From positions 10,358 through 74,357 of the forward strand of contig CAZWNZ010000001.1 in assembly GCA_964635715.1 (NCBI GenBank): a DNA stretch of 64,000 nt, written 5' to 3'. Positions 36,137 to 45,152 of this stretch are shown here, piece by piece. A model generated the notes under the pieces. It saw nothing but the letters and a program-made list of their open reading frames with translations, was not told where the DNA came from and searched no databases. Position 1 is the stretch's first letter; the number at the start of each line of letters is the position of its first letter. A program made the position numbers and the translations under genes. Source of the DNA: an uncultured Gammaproteobacteria bacterium. Lineage in GTDB: Bacteria; Patescibacteriota; Microgenomatia; UBA8517.

Positions 36137-38251
36137 TCATTCTTGAGCAGGAGGATTTTCAGAGGAAGTTAGAAAACTTTCGGCATTTTGAACTAAAACC
36201 TCACGAGGCTTACTGCTTCCATCACTTGCAGCAATAACTCCGGCCGCCTCTAATTGATCCACAATTCTGGCTGCCCTAGCATAACCGATTGAGAGTCTTC
36301 TTTGAAGTAATGAGGCCGACGCCCTGTCATATTGGCAAACAACTTTGACAGCCTCTTTAAAAAGATCGTCGACATCTCCTTCCACACCCGGAACAGTGGA
36401 AATGCCAGATTTTGTCATTGTAGTCACCTCCTCAGTATACTGGGCATTTACTCCTTGATCTTTCAAAAAGGAAGTCAGAGCCACAACTTCTTTATCACCA
36501 ATAAATGCCCCCTGAATTCTCATTGGCTTGGCCTGCTCTGGAGGCAAATAAAGCATGTCTCCTTTTCCAAGAAGTTTTTCTGCACCCTGAGTATCCAAAA
36601 TAACACGGGAGTCTATTTGTGAAGAAACCGCAAAGGCAATTCTCGAAGGTACATTGGCTTTAATAAGACCGGTAATAACATCCACAGATGGCCTCTGTGT
36701 TGCCAAAACCATATGTATTCCGGTGGCACGCGACATTTGGGCAATTCTGGTAATTGCATCTTCAACTTCAACCGGGGAGAAAAGCATAATGTCCGCAAGT
36801 TCATCAATAAAAAGTACTATATAAGGAAGAGCCTGAAAACCGGACATTTCATTGTAGCTTTCAATATTTCTTGCCCCCGCCTGAGCAAAAAGTTTATAAC
36901 GTCTGTCCATCTCCGCCATGAGCCACCTGAGGGCTGAGATGACCTTGTCTGGTTCAACAATTACAGGAGAAAGAAGATGGGGCAAACCATTGTAACGGGT
37001 TAACTCCACACGCTTGGGATCAACAAGAATAAACTTCACTTCTGTAGGGGCAGCTCTAAAAAGAAGTGATACTAGAAAAGCGTTTATACATACAGATTTT
37101 CCCGAACCAGTTTGTCCTGCGATCAAAACGTGAGGCATTTTTCCGATATCGGCAACTATTGGTTTACCGGAAACATCAAGCCCCAAAGCAACCTCAAGTT
37201 TTGATTTAGCTCCTTGCATTTCTTGCGCCTCCATAATTTTTCTTAACGGAACAAATTCAGGAGATTTGTTTGGAAGCTCAATTCCAACAAGATTTCTGCC
37301 TGGGATAGGCGCTTCTATTCTGATAGTTCCGGTTGGGGCAGAAAGGGCAAGTGCTAAGTCTCTTTCCAGGGAAGTAATCTTGGAAAGTTTTGTACCGAGG
37401 GCAACTTCAATCGCGTATTGGGTAACAGCCGGACCAAGATTCACCTCAACTACATTAGCAGTAATTCCAAAAGATTCTAAAGTTTTTTCGATTGTTGCAG
37501 CATTTCCTTTAATGTCGCCACGATCAGCTTTTCCGCCATCAAGACCACCTAAAATATCGAATGTTGGATATTTCCAAACAGCTTCTTCACCGGGGATATT
37601 GCTAACAAGTTTTTGTTCTAATGGTTCTTTTGGAGCAGAGGATACTGGAACTGCCCCGGGTTTGGGATTTCCAAATGTATTGAAGTTCCCTCCAGAAACT
37701 TTCATCTGACCCCTTGGAAGAGTTGCTCCTCCAATTTTAATTTGAGTTTTGTTCCCGTGAATATACACACCCGACTGTCGGATAAATTCTTTAAAAATTT
37801 TATAAACCTGATCTATCGAGGTGTTGAATAAAATTATCAAACCAATTATACCCAAACCCGTAAAAATAATTCCTGCTCCGACACCCATTACAAGTGCAGC
37901 GATGGCTTCCCAAACGATAGTACCCACAATACCTGCCCTACCTAAAGCTGTTAAGGAAAGAAAAAAAAGAAGTCCTCCAACAATCACATTAGGCTGACCT
38001 AAAATAAATTTAACTTTTGACAGCAAAAAAGCAAAAGAAAGAAAAATAAAGGGCAGTAAAATTGAAGACCATGAAAAATATTCTAAAAGGAAATCGTTAA
38101 ATTTCAGAAGGATCATTCCCTGCCGGGAAAAAGAAACCAAAATCAAACCCGCTATCGAAAAGAATATAACTTGAGAAATAGAAAACGCAGTTTCTTTTTT
38201 GAGCTTTAATCTAAACGACCTTTTTGTGAATCTCTTTCTTTTCTTACTCAT
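36137..38251 (-). CDS. ftsK: DNA translocase FtsK/SpoIIIE
   Basis: N-terminal TM domain; motor domain with HVLIAGQTGSGKSVCINAFLVSLL Walker A. Start taken at MSKKRK. Confidence 0.9.
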   Translation of the reverse strand: MSKKRKRFTKRSFRLKLKKETAFSISQVIFFSIAGLILVSFSRQGMILLKFNDFLLEYFSWSSILLPFIFLSFAFLLSKVKFILGQPNVIVGGLLFFLSLTALGRAGIVGTIVWEAIAALVMGVGAGIIFTGLGIIGLIILFNTSIDQVYKIFKEFIRQSGVYIHGNKTQIKIGGATLPRGQMKVSGGNFNTFGNPKPGAVPVSSAPKEPLEQKLVSNIPGEEAVWKYPTFDILGGLDGGKADRGDIKGNAATIEKTLESFGITANVVEVNLGPAVTQYAIEVALGTKLSKITSLERDLALALSAPTGTIRIEAPIPGRNLVGIELPNKSPEFVPLRKIMEAQEMQGAKSKLEVALGLDVSGKPIVADIGKMPHVLIAGQTGSGKSVCINAFLVSLLFRAAPTEVKFILVDPKRVELTRYNGLPHLLSPVIVEPDKVISALRWLMAEMDRRYKLFAQAGARNIESYNEMSGFQALPYIVLFIDELADIMLFSPVEVEDAITRIAQMSRATGIHMVLATQRPSVDVITGLIKANVPSRIAFAVSSQIDSRVILDTQGAEKLLGKGDMLYLPPEQAKPMRIQGAFIGDKEVVALTSFLKDQGVNAQYTEEVTTMTKSGISTVPGVEGDVDDLFKEAVKVVCQYDRASASLLQRRLSIGYARAARIVDQLEAAGVIAASDGSSKPREVLVQNAESFLTSSENPPAQE

Positions 38252-38279
38252 AGTCCAATCATTGTATATCGAAGTAGGT

Positions 38280-39935
38280 TTAAACCTCAACAACAACCGG
38301 TAATATCATTGGCCTCCTGCCGGTTTTTTGGAAGAAATATCTTTCCAGGAAATCGATAGAAATATTTTTAACAATATTTGAATTTATCTTTTTCTTCTTT
38401 TGAAGAGCTTTTACAAGCTCTCTCCCCGCGTCTTCCAAAACTTTTCCATACTTTTGTTCAAAGACAAATCCACGGCTTAAGATTTCCGGGTTTTCTGTTA
38501 AGATGCCTTCATTTCTATCAAAGTGAAGTATAGCTATAACAATTCCTTCTTTGGAAAGAATATGGCGATCTCTTAGAACTACATTCCCCACATCCCCGAT
38601 TCCCAATCCATCAACTAAAACTTCTTTAACAGGAATCCTACCGGATCGCTTGGCATAATTATTGGAAAACTCTACAACATCTCCTGATTCCAGTTCTAAA
38701 ACATCTTCCTCTTTTGCCCCCATGCTTCGGGCAATCATTCCATAAGCCCTCATATGTCTCACCGTACCCCCTATCGGAATAAAATATTTAGGTTTAATCA
38801 AAGCAAAAAGCATTTCAATATCTTTCTGGCACCCGTGGCCGGAAACATGAAGATCTTCCTGAGTATCGTAATAATGGACATCAACATTATCTTCAATAAG
38901 CTTATCTACAAGGTAATCAACATTAGCCTTACTCCCGGGAGGGGCTGGGTCGGCGGAAAATATTACCGCGTCCCCTTTTCCAACCGTCAAAAAATCATGT
39001 TCCCCGATTATTAAGCGGTAAAGGGCGCTTCCGGGTTGGCCATAACAACCGGAAATAATAAAAAGGAGCTGGTTGGGTTGCATTCTGATCGCCTGTTTAG
39101 ATTTAATTACTGCTCCATTTTCATAAAAAAGATAACCAAGATCTCTTGCAATTTCTGCTTTTCTCTCAATTGATCGGCCAACAAGAACAACTTTTCTGCC
39201 TAATTTTTGAGCCACATTTATTGTTTGTTGCATGCGGCTGATGTTTGAGGAAATTGTAGTTAAATATATCTTACCTTTAATTTTTCTTGCAACTGTTTCA
39301 ATTCTGTCTTCCAACTCTCTTTCACTTTCGGTATAGCCCGGAGATGTTGAACCGAGAGCATCGGACGCTAAAGCTAAAGCTCCGCCGGAAGCAAGAGTTG
39401 CCGCCTTAACTGCGTCAAATGGTCGGCCATCAACAGGAGTCCAATCAAATTTATAATCCGGTACATGGAACATCTTGCCTTCAGGAGTATCTATGCAAAA
39501 ACCTACTCCATCCGGAACCGAATGGCTAACCCTGAAAGGAGTCACTTTAAAAACGCCAAGGCTAAGCACATCACGCTCAGGATCAAAAACTTTAAGATTT
39601 GCATCCTTAATTTCATAATCGTCCAACTTGTCCTGAATAAAGCCTGCGACTAGTTTCGTGGAATATATCGGAACACTTACTTCTTTCAGAAGAAACGGAA
39701 GAGCTCCCAGGTGATCTTCATGACCATGGGAAACCAAAACCCCCCGGAGTTTGTTCTTGTTTTTAATAATGTACGAAAAATCAGGGATAACAAGGTCGAC
39801 CCCAAACATGTCGCTATCTGGAAAACCCACGCCGCAATCAACGATTATCATATCGTTCCCGTATTCATAAACATAAAGATTCTCCGTCACACCTGTGGTG
39901 CCGGATAATGCGATGAATTTGAGTTTATTTTGCAT
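38280..39935 (-). CDS. rnj: ribonuclease J (metallo-beta-lactamase / beta-CASP)
   Basis: VSHGHEDHLGALPFLL motif; 551 aa. Confidence 0.88.
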   Translation of the reverse strand: MQNKLKFIALSGTTGVTENLYVYEYGNDMIIVDCGVGFPDSDMFGVDLVIPDFSYIIKNKNKLRGVLVSHGHEDHLGALPFLLKEVSVPIYSTKLVAGFIQDKLDDYEIKDANLKVFDPERDVLSLGVFKVTPFRVSHSVPDGVGFCIDTPEGKMFHVPDYKFDWTPVDGRPFDAVKAATLASGGALALASDALGSTSPGYTESERELEDRIETVARKIKGKIYLTTISSNISRMQQTINVAQKLGRKVVLVGRSIERKAEIARDLGYLFYENGAVIKSKQAIRMQPNQLLFIISGCYGQPGSALYRLIIGEHDFLTVGKGDAVIFSADPAPPGSKANVDYLVDKLIEDNVDVHYYDTQEDLHVSGHGCQKDIEMLFALIKPKYFIPIGGTVRHMRAYGMIARSMGAKEEDVLELESGDVVEFSNNYAKRSGRIPVKEVLVDGLGIGDVGNVVLRDRHILSKEGIVIAILHFDRNEGILTENPEILSRGFVFEQKYGKVLEDAGRELVKALQKKKKINSNIVKNISIDFLERYFFQKTGRRPMILPVVVEV

Positions 39936-39962
39936 ACTAATCTCCGATTACTAATTGTAAAT

Positions 39963-40637
39963 TTAAACAAGATTTATTTGTTCCGCTTTCGGAACCTCAT
40001 TTTTCTTATCTTGCCCTTCCGTAGCTTTACGCGAAGGATGGTCTTCCTTCATTTTACGCAATATTTCCTTTAATTGATAGAAGTCATTCTTTTCGGCTTC
40101 CAGAATGCTTCCGTTTCTAAGCGAGGCTGCAGGGTGATACATGGGAATTACAATAAATTTTTTATTATGCCAGGTAATTTCATATTTCTTTCCATGGACC
40201 TGTGAGATGAAAACATTAGGTAAAAACTTAGCCATAGAAAATCTGCCCAAAGTAATTATTACTTCCGGATTTATTATCTCAATAATCTGATCCAGATATT
40301 TGCCGTAAGCTTCAATTTCGTTCGGAAGTGGGTCACGGTTTTCCGGAGGTCTATGGTGAACAATATTTGTAATAAATACTTCTTTCCGTTCCAATCCGGC
40401 AAGAGGAAACAGTTTATCCAAAAGTTTGCCCGCTTGACCGACAAAAGGTTCCCCAATTTTATCTTCATTAAAACCCGGTCCCTCACCGATACAAAGAATT
40501 GAAGTTTCTGTATTTCCTGTACCAAAAACTAGTTTTGTAGCTCCTTTTTTAAGAGGAAGGGTTTCATCTTCATCCATCTTGTCTTTCAATAGGTGTAACA
40601 ATTTGTATCTATTTTTGTTTTTATTGTTTTTTTCCAT
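39963..40637 (-). CDS. udg: uracil-DNA glycosylase, family 4
   Basis: ILCIGEGPGFNEDKIGEPFVGQAGKLLDKL and C-terminal HPAASLRNG motifs. Confidence 0.8.
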   Translation of the reverse strand: MEKNNKNKNRYKLLHLLKDKMDEDETLPLKKGATKLVFGTGNTETSILCIGEGPGFNEDKIGEPFVGQAGKLLDKLFPLAGLERKEVFITNIVHHRPPENRDPLPNEIEAYGKYLDQIIEIINPEVIITLGRFSMAKFLPNVFISQVHGKKYEITWHNKKFIVIPMYHPAASLRNGSILEAEKNDFYQLKEILRKMKEDHPSRKATEGQDKKNEVPKAEQINLV

Positions 40638-40655
40638 AAAATTGATCCTAAATAC

Positions 40656-40679
40656 TACATTACTATATAGTAATGTAGT
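40656..40679. repeat. perfect 24-bp palindrome ctacattactat|atagtaatgtag, same family as those flanking TrpR-like gene 3; orphan copy 16 nt upstream of the udg start
   Basis: Compare cttcaatactatatagtattgaag (49195-49218) and ctacaatactatatagtattgtag (49676-49699). Confidence 0.8.
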
Positions 40680-40685
40680 GGAGTA

Positions 40686-41165
40686 TTATTCTCTCTCGTT
40701 GATAAACTCTACCTTGTTTTTAACCGTGTCATACACTGCAAAGTTTATTCCCATCACCGTTGCTCCGGGACGTATCATTTTGACAGGCGTTTCAACACTT
40801 TCATATTTTGAATGATAATGGCCATTTATTATTAAATCCAATTTTTTACCTCCAAAATATTCCCTATTATCAGATGGTTTATGAGTAATTCCAATACTCC
40901 TTCCACCAATACTAACAATCAAATATTCTTCTCCAAATTGTTTTGCTTTCTTTTTTAAATCACCAACCAGTTCACTATCCACATCTGCATTTCCCAAAAC
41001 TGTATAAAAAGGGATTCCGGAAAGTCTTACCACTTCGGCAGAAGTTGATGTATCCCAATCTCCTGCGTGAATTATGCTGTTTACTCTAATTTTTTTTGCA
41101 AAGCCGGCAATATGCTTAAGATTTGCTATGTTGCCATGACTATCCCCAATGATTAGCACCTTCAT
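40686..41165 (-). CDS. metallophosphoesterase (YfcE-like)
   Basis: MKVLIIGDSHGNI...IHAGDW...GNAD phosphoesterase motifs. Confidence 0.75.
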   Translation of the reverse strand: MKVLIIGDSHGNIANLKHIAGFAKKIRVNSIIHAGDWDTSTSAEVVRLSGIPFYTVLGNADVDSELVGDLKKKAKQFGEEYLIVSIGGRSIGITHKPSDNREYFGGKKLDLIINGHYHSKYESVETPVKMIRPGATVMGINFAVYDTVKNKVEFINERE

Positions 41166-41180
41166 TCAACCTATTGTATA

Positions 41181-42227
41181 TTACTGTGGCAAAAACTCTT
41201 TGACATTTTGTGAGGTCACATGAACACTTTGCGCTTTTCCTTCAACCATCATTCTAGCAACTTTCCTTACAACTCCATCAACGTTTCGTTCAAGTGTACG
41301 AATTCCGGCATCGTACCCTAAAGGCCTGACAATATTTGCCCAAACATCGTCATCTATTGTCAACGTTCCCGACGGAAGTCCTGCTGCTTTCATAGCAGAA
41401 GGAAGTATATATTTTTGTGCAATGGTAACCTTCTCCTGGTCAGTATAGGAAGGCATTGCAATAGGCTCAAGTCTATCCATAACAGCTGTAGCTATGTTTG
41501 TGGTATTGTTGGCAGTTGCTATAAAGAGTGCTTCCGACAAGTCGAATGGAAAATCGATATAGTGATCGGTAAAAGCATGATTTTGTTTAGGATCAAGAAG
41601 TTCAACCAAAACACCCATTATTGAACTTCTTCCTTCATCAGTTACTCTATCAATCTCATCTAAAAGTACTACGGGATTTTTGCTTTGGGTATCCCGCAGT
41701 GCTTTAATAATTTTCCCCGGCTCTGCTTCAGGATGCATTCTACTCTGTCCGCGAAGGTCGAGAGGATCTCCCATTCCACCAAAAGGAATTCTGGCAATCG
41801 GACGTCCCAAAGCCTCCGCAATTGAATATGCAATTGTTGTTTTTCCTGTACCCACCAGACCCACAAAACACAAAATTGGTGCACGGTAAACATCCGCTCC
41901 TTCACCGCGTTCCTGTTTTAATTTCATAACACTCATGTATTCCAAAACACGGGTCTTAATATCAGCAAGGCCAAAGTGGTGTTTTTCCAAAATTACTTTT
42001 GCATTTTCCAGGTCCAGTGTGTCCTGCGTCCTTTTATTCCATGGGAGAAACGTAATCCAATCGATATACTTTTCCATCCTATCGTACTCAGGCAGAAATG
42101 ATGATGAGCTGGTAAGCTTTGAGAGCTGATTGAGACGGGTTAAAACCATCTCACGAAGTTTATCCGGCAAATCGGCAGTTTTAATTTTCTCAATTAAAGT
42201 AGTAATTTCCTGGGCAGCAGAATCCAT
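41181..42227 (-). CDS. Lon-like AAA+ ATPase module without the N-terminal LAN domain or the S16 protease domain
   Basis: YIDWITFLPWNK...HFGLADIKTRVLEYM...ILCFVGLVGTGKTTIAYSIAEALGRP...PVVLLDEIDRV...LFIATANN...MDRLEP track the Lon middle and AAA+ region. ORF ends at 348 aa, directly abutting the next gene. Confidence 0.65.
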   Translation of the reverse strand: MDSAAQEITTLIEKIKTADLPDKLREMVLTRLNQLSKLTSSSSFLPEYDRMEKYIDWITFLPWNKRTQDTLDLENAKVILEKHHFGLADIKTRVLEYMSVMKLKQERGEGADVYRAPILCFVGLVGTGKTTIAYSIAEALGRPIARIPFGGMGDPLDLRGQSRMHPEAEPGKIIKALRDTQSKNPVVLLDEIDRVTDEGRSSIMGVLVELLDPKQNHAFTDHYIDFPFDLSEALFIATANNTTNIATAVMDRLEPIAMPSYTDQEKVTIAQKYILPSAMKAAGLPSGTLTIDDDVWANIVRPLGYDAGIRTLERNVDGVVRKVARMMVEGKAQSVHVTSQNVKEFLPQ

Positions 42228-42353
42228 AATTTTTAATTATCAATTATCAATTTACATTGAATTTACAATGAATTCAATTTCCAAACGATTTGAAAATTTA
42301 AAAAATGAAAATTTGTTGAAAATTGCAAACTGAAAACTGAAAATTACTTTTGT

Positions 42354-44696
42354 TTAGAAGTCTTTCTTCTCGGAGACTAATCTACTGGTTGGAAAATGGG
42401 GCCCACCCGATCTGTCTGAATTTGATGAAAAACCGCTTCTTCTGTCTCCTCCACCGAATCCGCCTCGGGAAACACCCCTGTCTCCACCTCTTGAAAAGCC
42501 GCCCCGGGAACCACCCCTTGAAAATCCACCACGACTTCCTCCACCGAATCCGCCTCGGGAACCACCCCTGTCTCCACCAAAACCTCCGCGTGGCCTTTCT
42601 TCTCTGGGCTTGTCCTTAGTAGGATCCATATTCATTGAAAGATTGATTCTTCCTTGATCGTCAACTTCTTTTACTCTAACTTGAACTTTTTGCCCAATGT
42701 GAACAACATCCCCAGCATCTTTTACAAATCCTTCCTGACCCATGTCAGTTACATGAACCATTCCATCTTTTCCGGGAAGTATATTTACAAAAGCTCCAAA
42801 AGACATCAATCTTACAACTTCTCCTTCATAAATTTCTCCAGCTTTAACTTCTTTTGCAAAACCGGTAACCCAGGCAATTGCCTTCTCCATCTTTTCTGGA
42901 TCTACTCCGGAAACACTAACACCTCCGTCGTCATTTACGTCAACTTGAGTTCCTGTATCCGCCATCAACTTCTTGATATTCTTGCCGCTTGGCCCTATGA
43001 ATTCTCCAATTCTATCAACAGGAATTTTTACAACCTTAATCTTTGGGGCATATTCTGAAACTGTTTTTCGGGATTCTGGAAGAGTTTCAATGATTTTTTT
43101 CATTATCTCGGCCCTTGCCTCTTTTGCTTGTGCAAGTCCCTTTTCCAAAACATCGGAAGTAATATTAAGAGCTTTGCAGTCCATTTGAAGAGCTGTAATA
43201 CCGACATTCGTTCCCGCAACTTTGAAGTCCATGTCTCCATTGAAATCCTCAATTCCCATGAGATCTGTCAAAACTGCAAAATTCTTTTCATCTTCTATAA
43301 TAAGACCCATTGCAATTCCGGCAACAGGGGCCTTAATCGGAACTCCGGCATCCATCAAAGAAAGTGTTGAACCAACAACTGACGCCATTGAAGTGGATCC
43401 ATTTGAACTCATAACTTCAGATACAACTCTTATTGCATAAGGAAACTCTTCCTGTGAAGGAATAACGGGCAAAAGTGCTCGTTCGGCAAGAGCACCATGT
43501 CCAATTTCACGCCTATTTGGTTGCCCAACACGGCCAGTTTCTCCTGTTGCATAAGGAGGCATGGAATAGTGGTGCATATAATGTTTTTCTTCTTCACCTT
43601 CGGCACTTTCCAAAAGCTGTCCCATGGATTCGCTCCCAAGTGTTGCAACTGAAAGAACTTGAGTTTGACCTCTGGAAAATATCGCACTACCATGGGTTCT
43701 TGGTAAAATTCCCACTTCTCCGTTTAATTTCCTAAGTTCGGTTACTTTTCTACCATCCGGTCTTATTCCTTTTTTCAATATTTGTTCTCTTATATAGTCT
43801 TTCTTCATATGATCGACTATTTCTAAAACAAACTTTTTGTCTTCTTCCTTGTCAAACTGAGTTTTTATTGCTTCAACAAATTCTGAGTATTCGTTAGATG
43901 GGCCATCATGATTGGCCATATTCTTAACCAGACCGGCCATTTTGTCTCCAACTAACTTTTTAACTTGATTTTCAAGATCTGCCGAAGGCTTTATCTCCTT
44001 ATAAACTTCTCTTTCTACACCCTTTTCTTTAGCTAGCTCTTCAATCAATTTAAGAACTGCTTTACTTTCTTTTTCAGCAAACTTGATCCCACCAATAATT
44101 TGTTCTTCTGTAACCTCCTTGGCTCCTGCCTCAACCATCAAAACAGCATCCTTGGTTGAAGAAACTGTCAAATCCATCGGTGAAGTTTCAAAATCAGTGG
44201 AAGTTGGATTCACTATATATTTATCATCCTTCATTCCGATAGACAGAGGAGCAATCGGGCCTTTCCAGGGTAGAGGGCTAAGGTGAATTGCGGCACTTCC
44301 CGCAATGGCACCCAATATCTTAGGGTCATTTTCTCCATCAACAGAAAGAACCATAATAACAAGTTGAACTTCTTTTTTATAAGTCTTAGGGAAAAGAGGA
44401 CGAATCGAACGATCGATTAAGCGTCCTGCTAAAATCTCTTCATCTGTTGGTCTACCCTCACGCTTTACCCAGCGGCTGCCTTTAATACGGCCTCCTGCAT
44501 AAAGCCTTTCCTGGTATTCAACAGAAAGTGGAAAATAATCCATTTCCATTTTAAGAGGAGCCACAGCAACAGTAGCTAAAACGACCGTGTCTCCAATGCG
44601 AGCCATTACTTCGCCAGCGGCTTGTTCAGCAAGGTTACCTGTGGTTAAGGTAAGTGTACGTCCACCTAATTCGATGGACTTCTCAATTTTTTTCAT
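42354..44696 (-). CDS. pnp: polynucleotide phosphorylase with C-terminal RGG/RG-repeat tail
   Basis: Two RNase PH domains, KH and S1 (GEIYEGEVVRLMSFGAFVNI...). Tail GGFGGDRGGSRGGFGGGSRGGFSRGGSRGGFSRGGDRGVSRGGFGGGDRR. Confidence 0.93.
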   Translation of the reverse strand: MKKIEKSIELGGRTLTLTTGNLAEQAAGEVMARIGDTVVLATVAVAPLKMEMDYFPLSVEYQERLYAGGRIKGSRWVKREGRPTDEEILAGRLIDRSIRPLFPKTYKKEVQLVIMVLSVDGENDPKILGAIAGSAAIHLSPLPWKGPIAPLSIGMKDDKYIVNPTSTDFETSPMDLTVSSTKDAVLMVEAGAKEVTEEQIIGGIKFAEKESKAVLKLIEELAKEKGVEREVYKEIKPSADLENQVKKLVGDKMAGLVKNMANHDGPSNEYSEFVEAIKTQFDKEEDKKFVLEIVDHMKKDYIREQILKKGIRPDGRKVTELRKLNGEVGILPRTHGSAIFSRGQTQVLSVATLGSESMGQLLESAEGEEEKHYMHHYSMPPYATGETGRVGQPNRREIGHGALAERALLPVIPSQEEFPYAIRVVSEVMSSNGSTSMASVVGSTLSLMDAGVPIKAPVAGIAMGLIIEDEKNFAVLTDLMGIEDFNGDMDFKVAGTNVGITALQMDCKALNITSDVLEKGLAQAKEARAEIMKKIIETLPESRKTVSEYAPKIKVVKIPVDRIGEFIGPSGKNIKKLMADTGTQVDVNDDGGVSVSGVDPEKMEKAIAWVTGFAKEVKAGEIYEGEVVRLMSFGAFVNILPGKDGMVHVTDMGQEGFVKDAGDVVHIGQKVQVRVKEVDDQGRINLSMNMDPTKDKPREERPRGGFGGDRGGSRGGFGGGSRGGFSRGGSRGGFSRGGDRGVSRGGFGGGDRRSGFSSNSDRSGGPHFPTSRLVSEKKDF

Positions 44697-44715
44697 AATT
44701 TAAATTTATTTAAGT

Positions 44716-44752
44716 TATATAAAACTTATCTTCTTGCAAATTTATTTGCATA
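44716..44752 (-). promoter_or_regulatory. conserved palindrome (TGCAAATTTATTTGCA) plus TATATA-box element 20 nt upstream of pnp; copy C of 3
   Basis: tatataaaacttatcttcttgcaaatttatttgcata. Confidence 0.5.
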
Positions 44753-44788
44753 ACATTAGTGACAAAGTTTTATATTATTATTCAATTT

Positions 44789-45058
44789 TTATTTATCTAA
44801 CTTTAACTCTGTGAGGAGTTTTTTGTAGCGTTCTTCATCGCGTCTGTGTAAGTAGCTCAGGAGTCTTCTCCTTTTGGCTACCATAGAAAGAAGCCCGCGA
44901 CGGCTATGAACATCTTTTTTGTGTTCTTTAAGGTGTAATACCAATTTGTCGATTTTAATGGAAAGAAGGGCAACTTGAACTTCAGGAGAACCTGTATCGC
45001 CTTTTTCTCTGGCAAATTTCTTTATTACGTCTACTTTTTCGTCTTTAGCTAATGCCAT
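44789..45058 (-). CDS. rpsO: 30S ribosomal protein S15
   Basis: GDTGSPEVQVALLSIKIDKLVLHLKEHKKDVHSRRGLL. Confidence 0.93.
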   Translation of the reverse strand: MALAKDEKVDVIKKFAREKGDTGSPEVQVALLSIKIDKLVLHLKEHKKDVHSRRGLLSMVAKRRRLLSYLHRRDEERYKKLLTELKLDK

Positions 45059-45152
45059 TTTAGTGTCATGAGAATCAATGTAAGGCTATTTCAAGCCAAA
45101 CTTTGATTTCATCTTTGTGTATTATATCAGGCTTCGAATCAAAACGCAAAGG

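Noticed and set aside
42228-42353. AT-rich spacer upstream of the Lon-like gene with attgaatt-N7-aattcaat dyad and gaaaatt/gaaaact repeats, considered as a specific operator
   Set aside because: Low-complexity AT-rich sequence. The dyad is short and not repeated elsewhere in the window, so there is insufficient support beyond a generic promoter region.
42377-42580. Same-strand alternative-frame ORF (MVETGVVPEADSVEE...) inside the pnp 3' end
   Set aside because: It is produced by the repetitive RGG-tail DNA read in another frame. The pnp frame is continuous and encodes the recognisable S1 domain plus tail.
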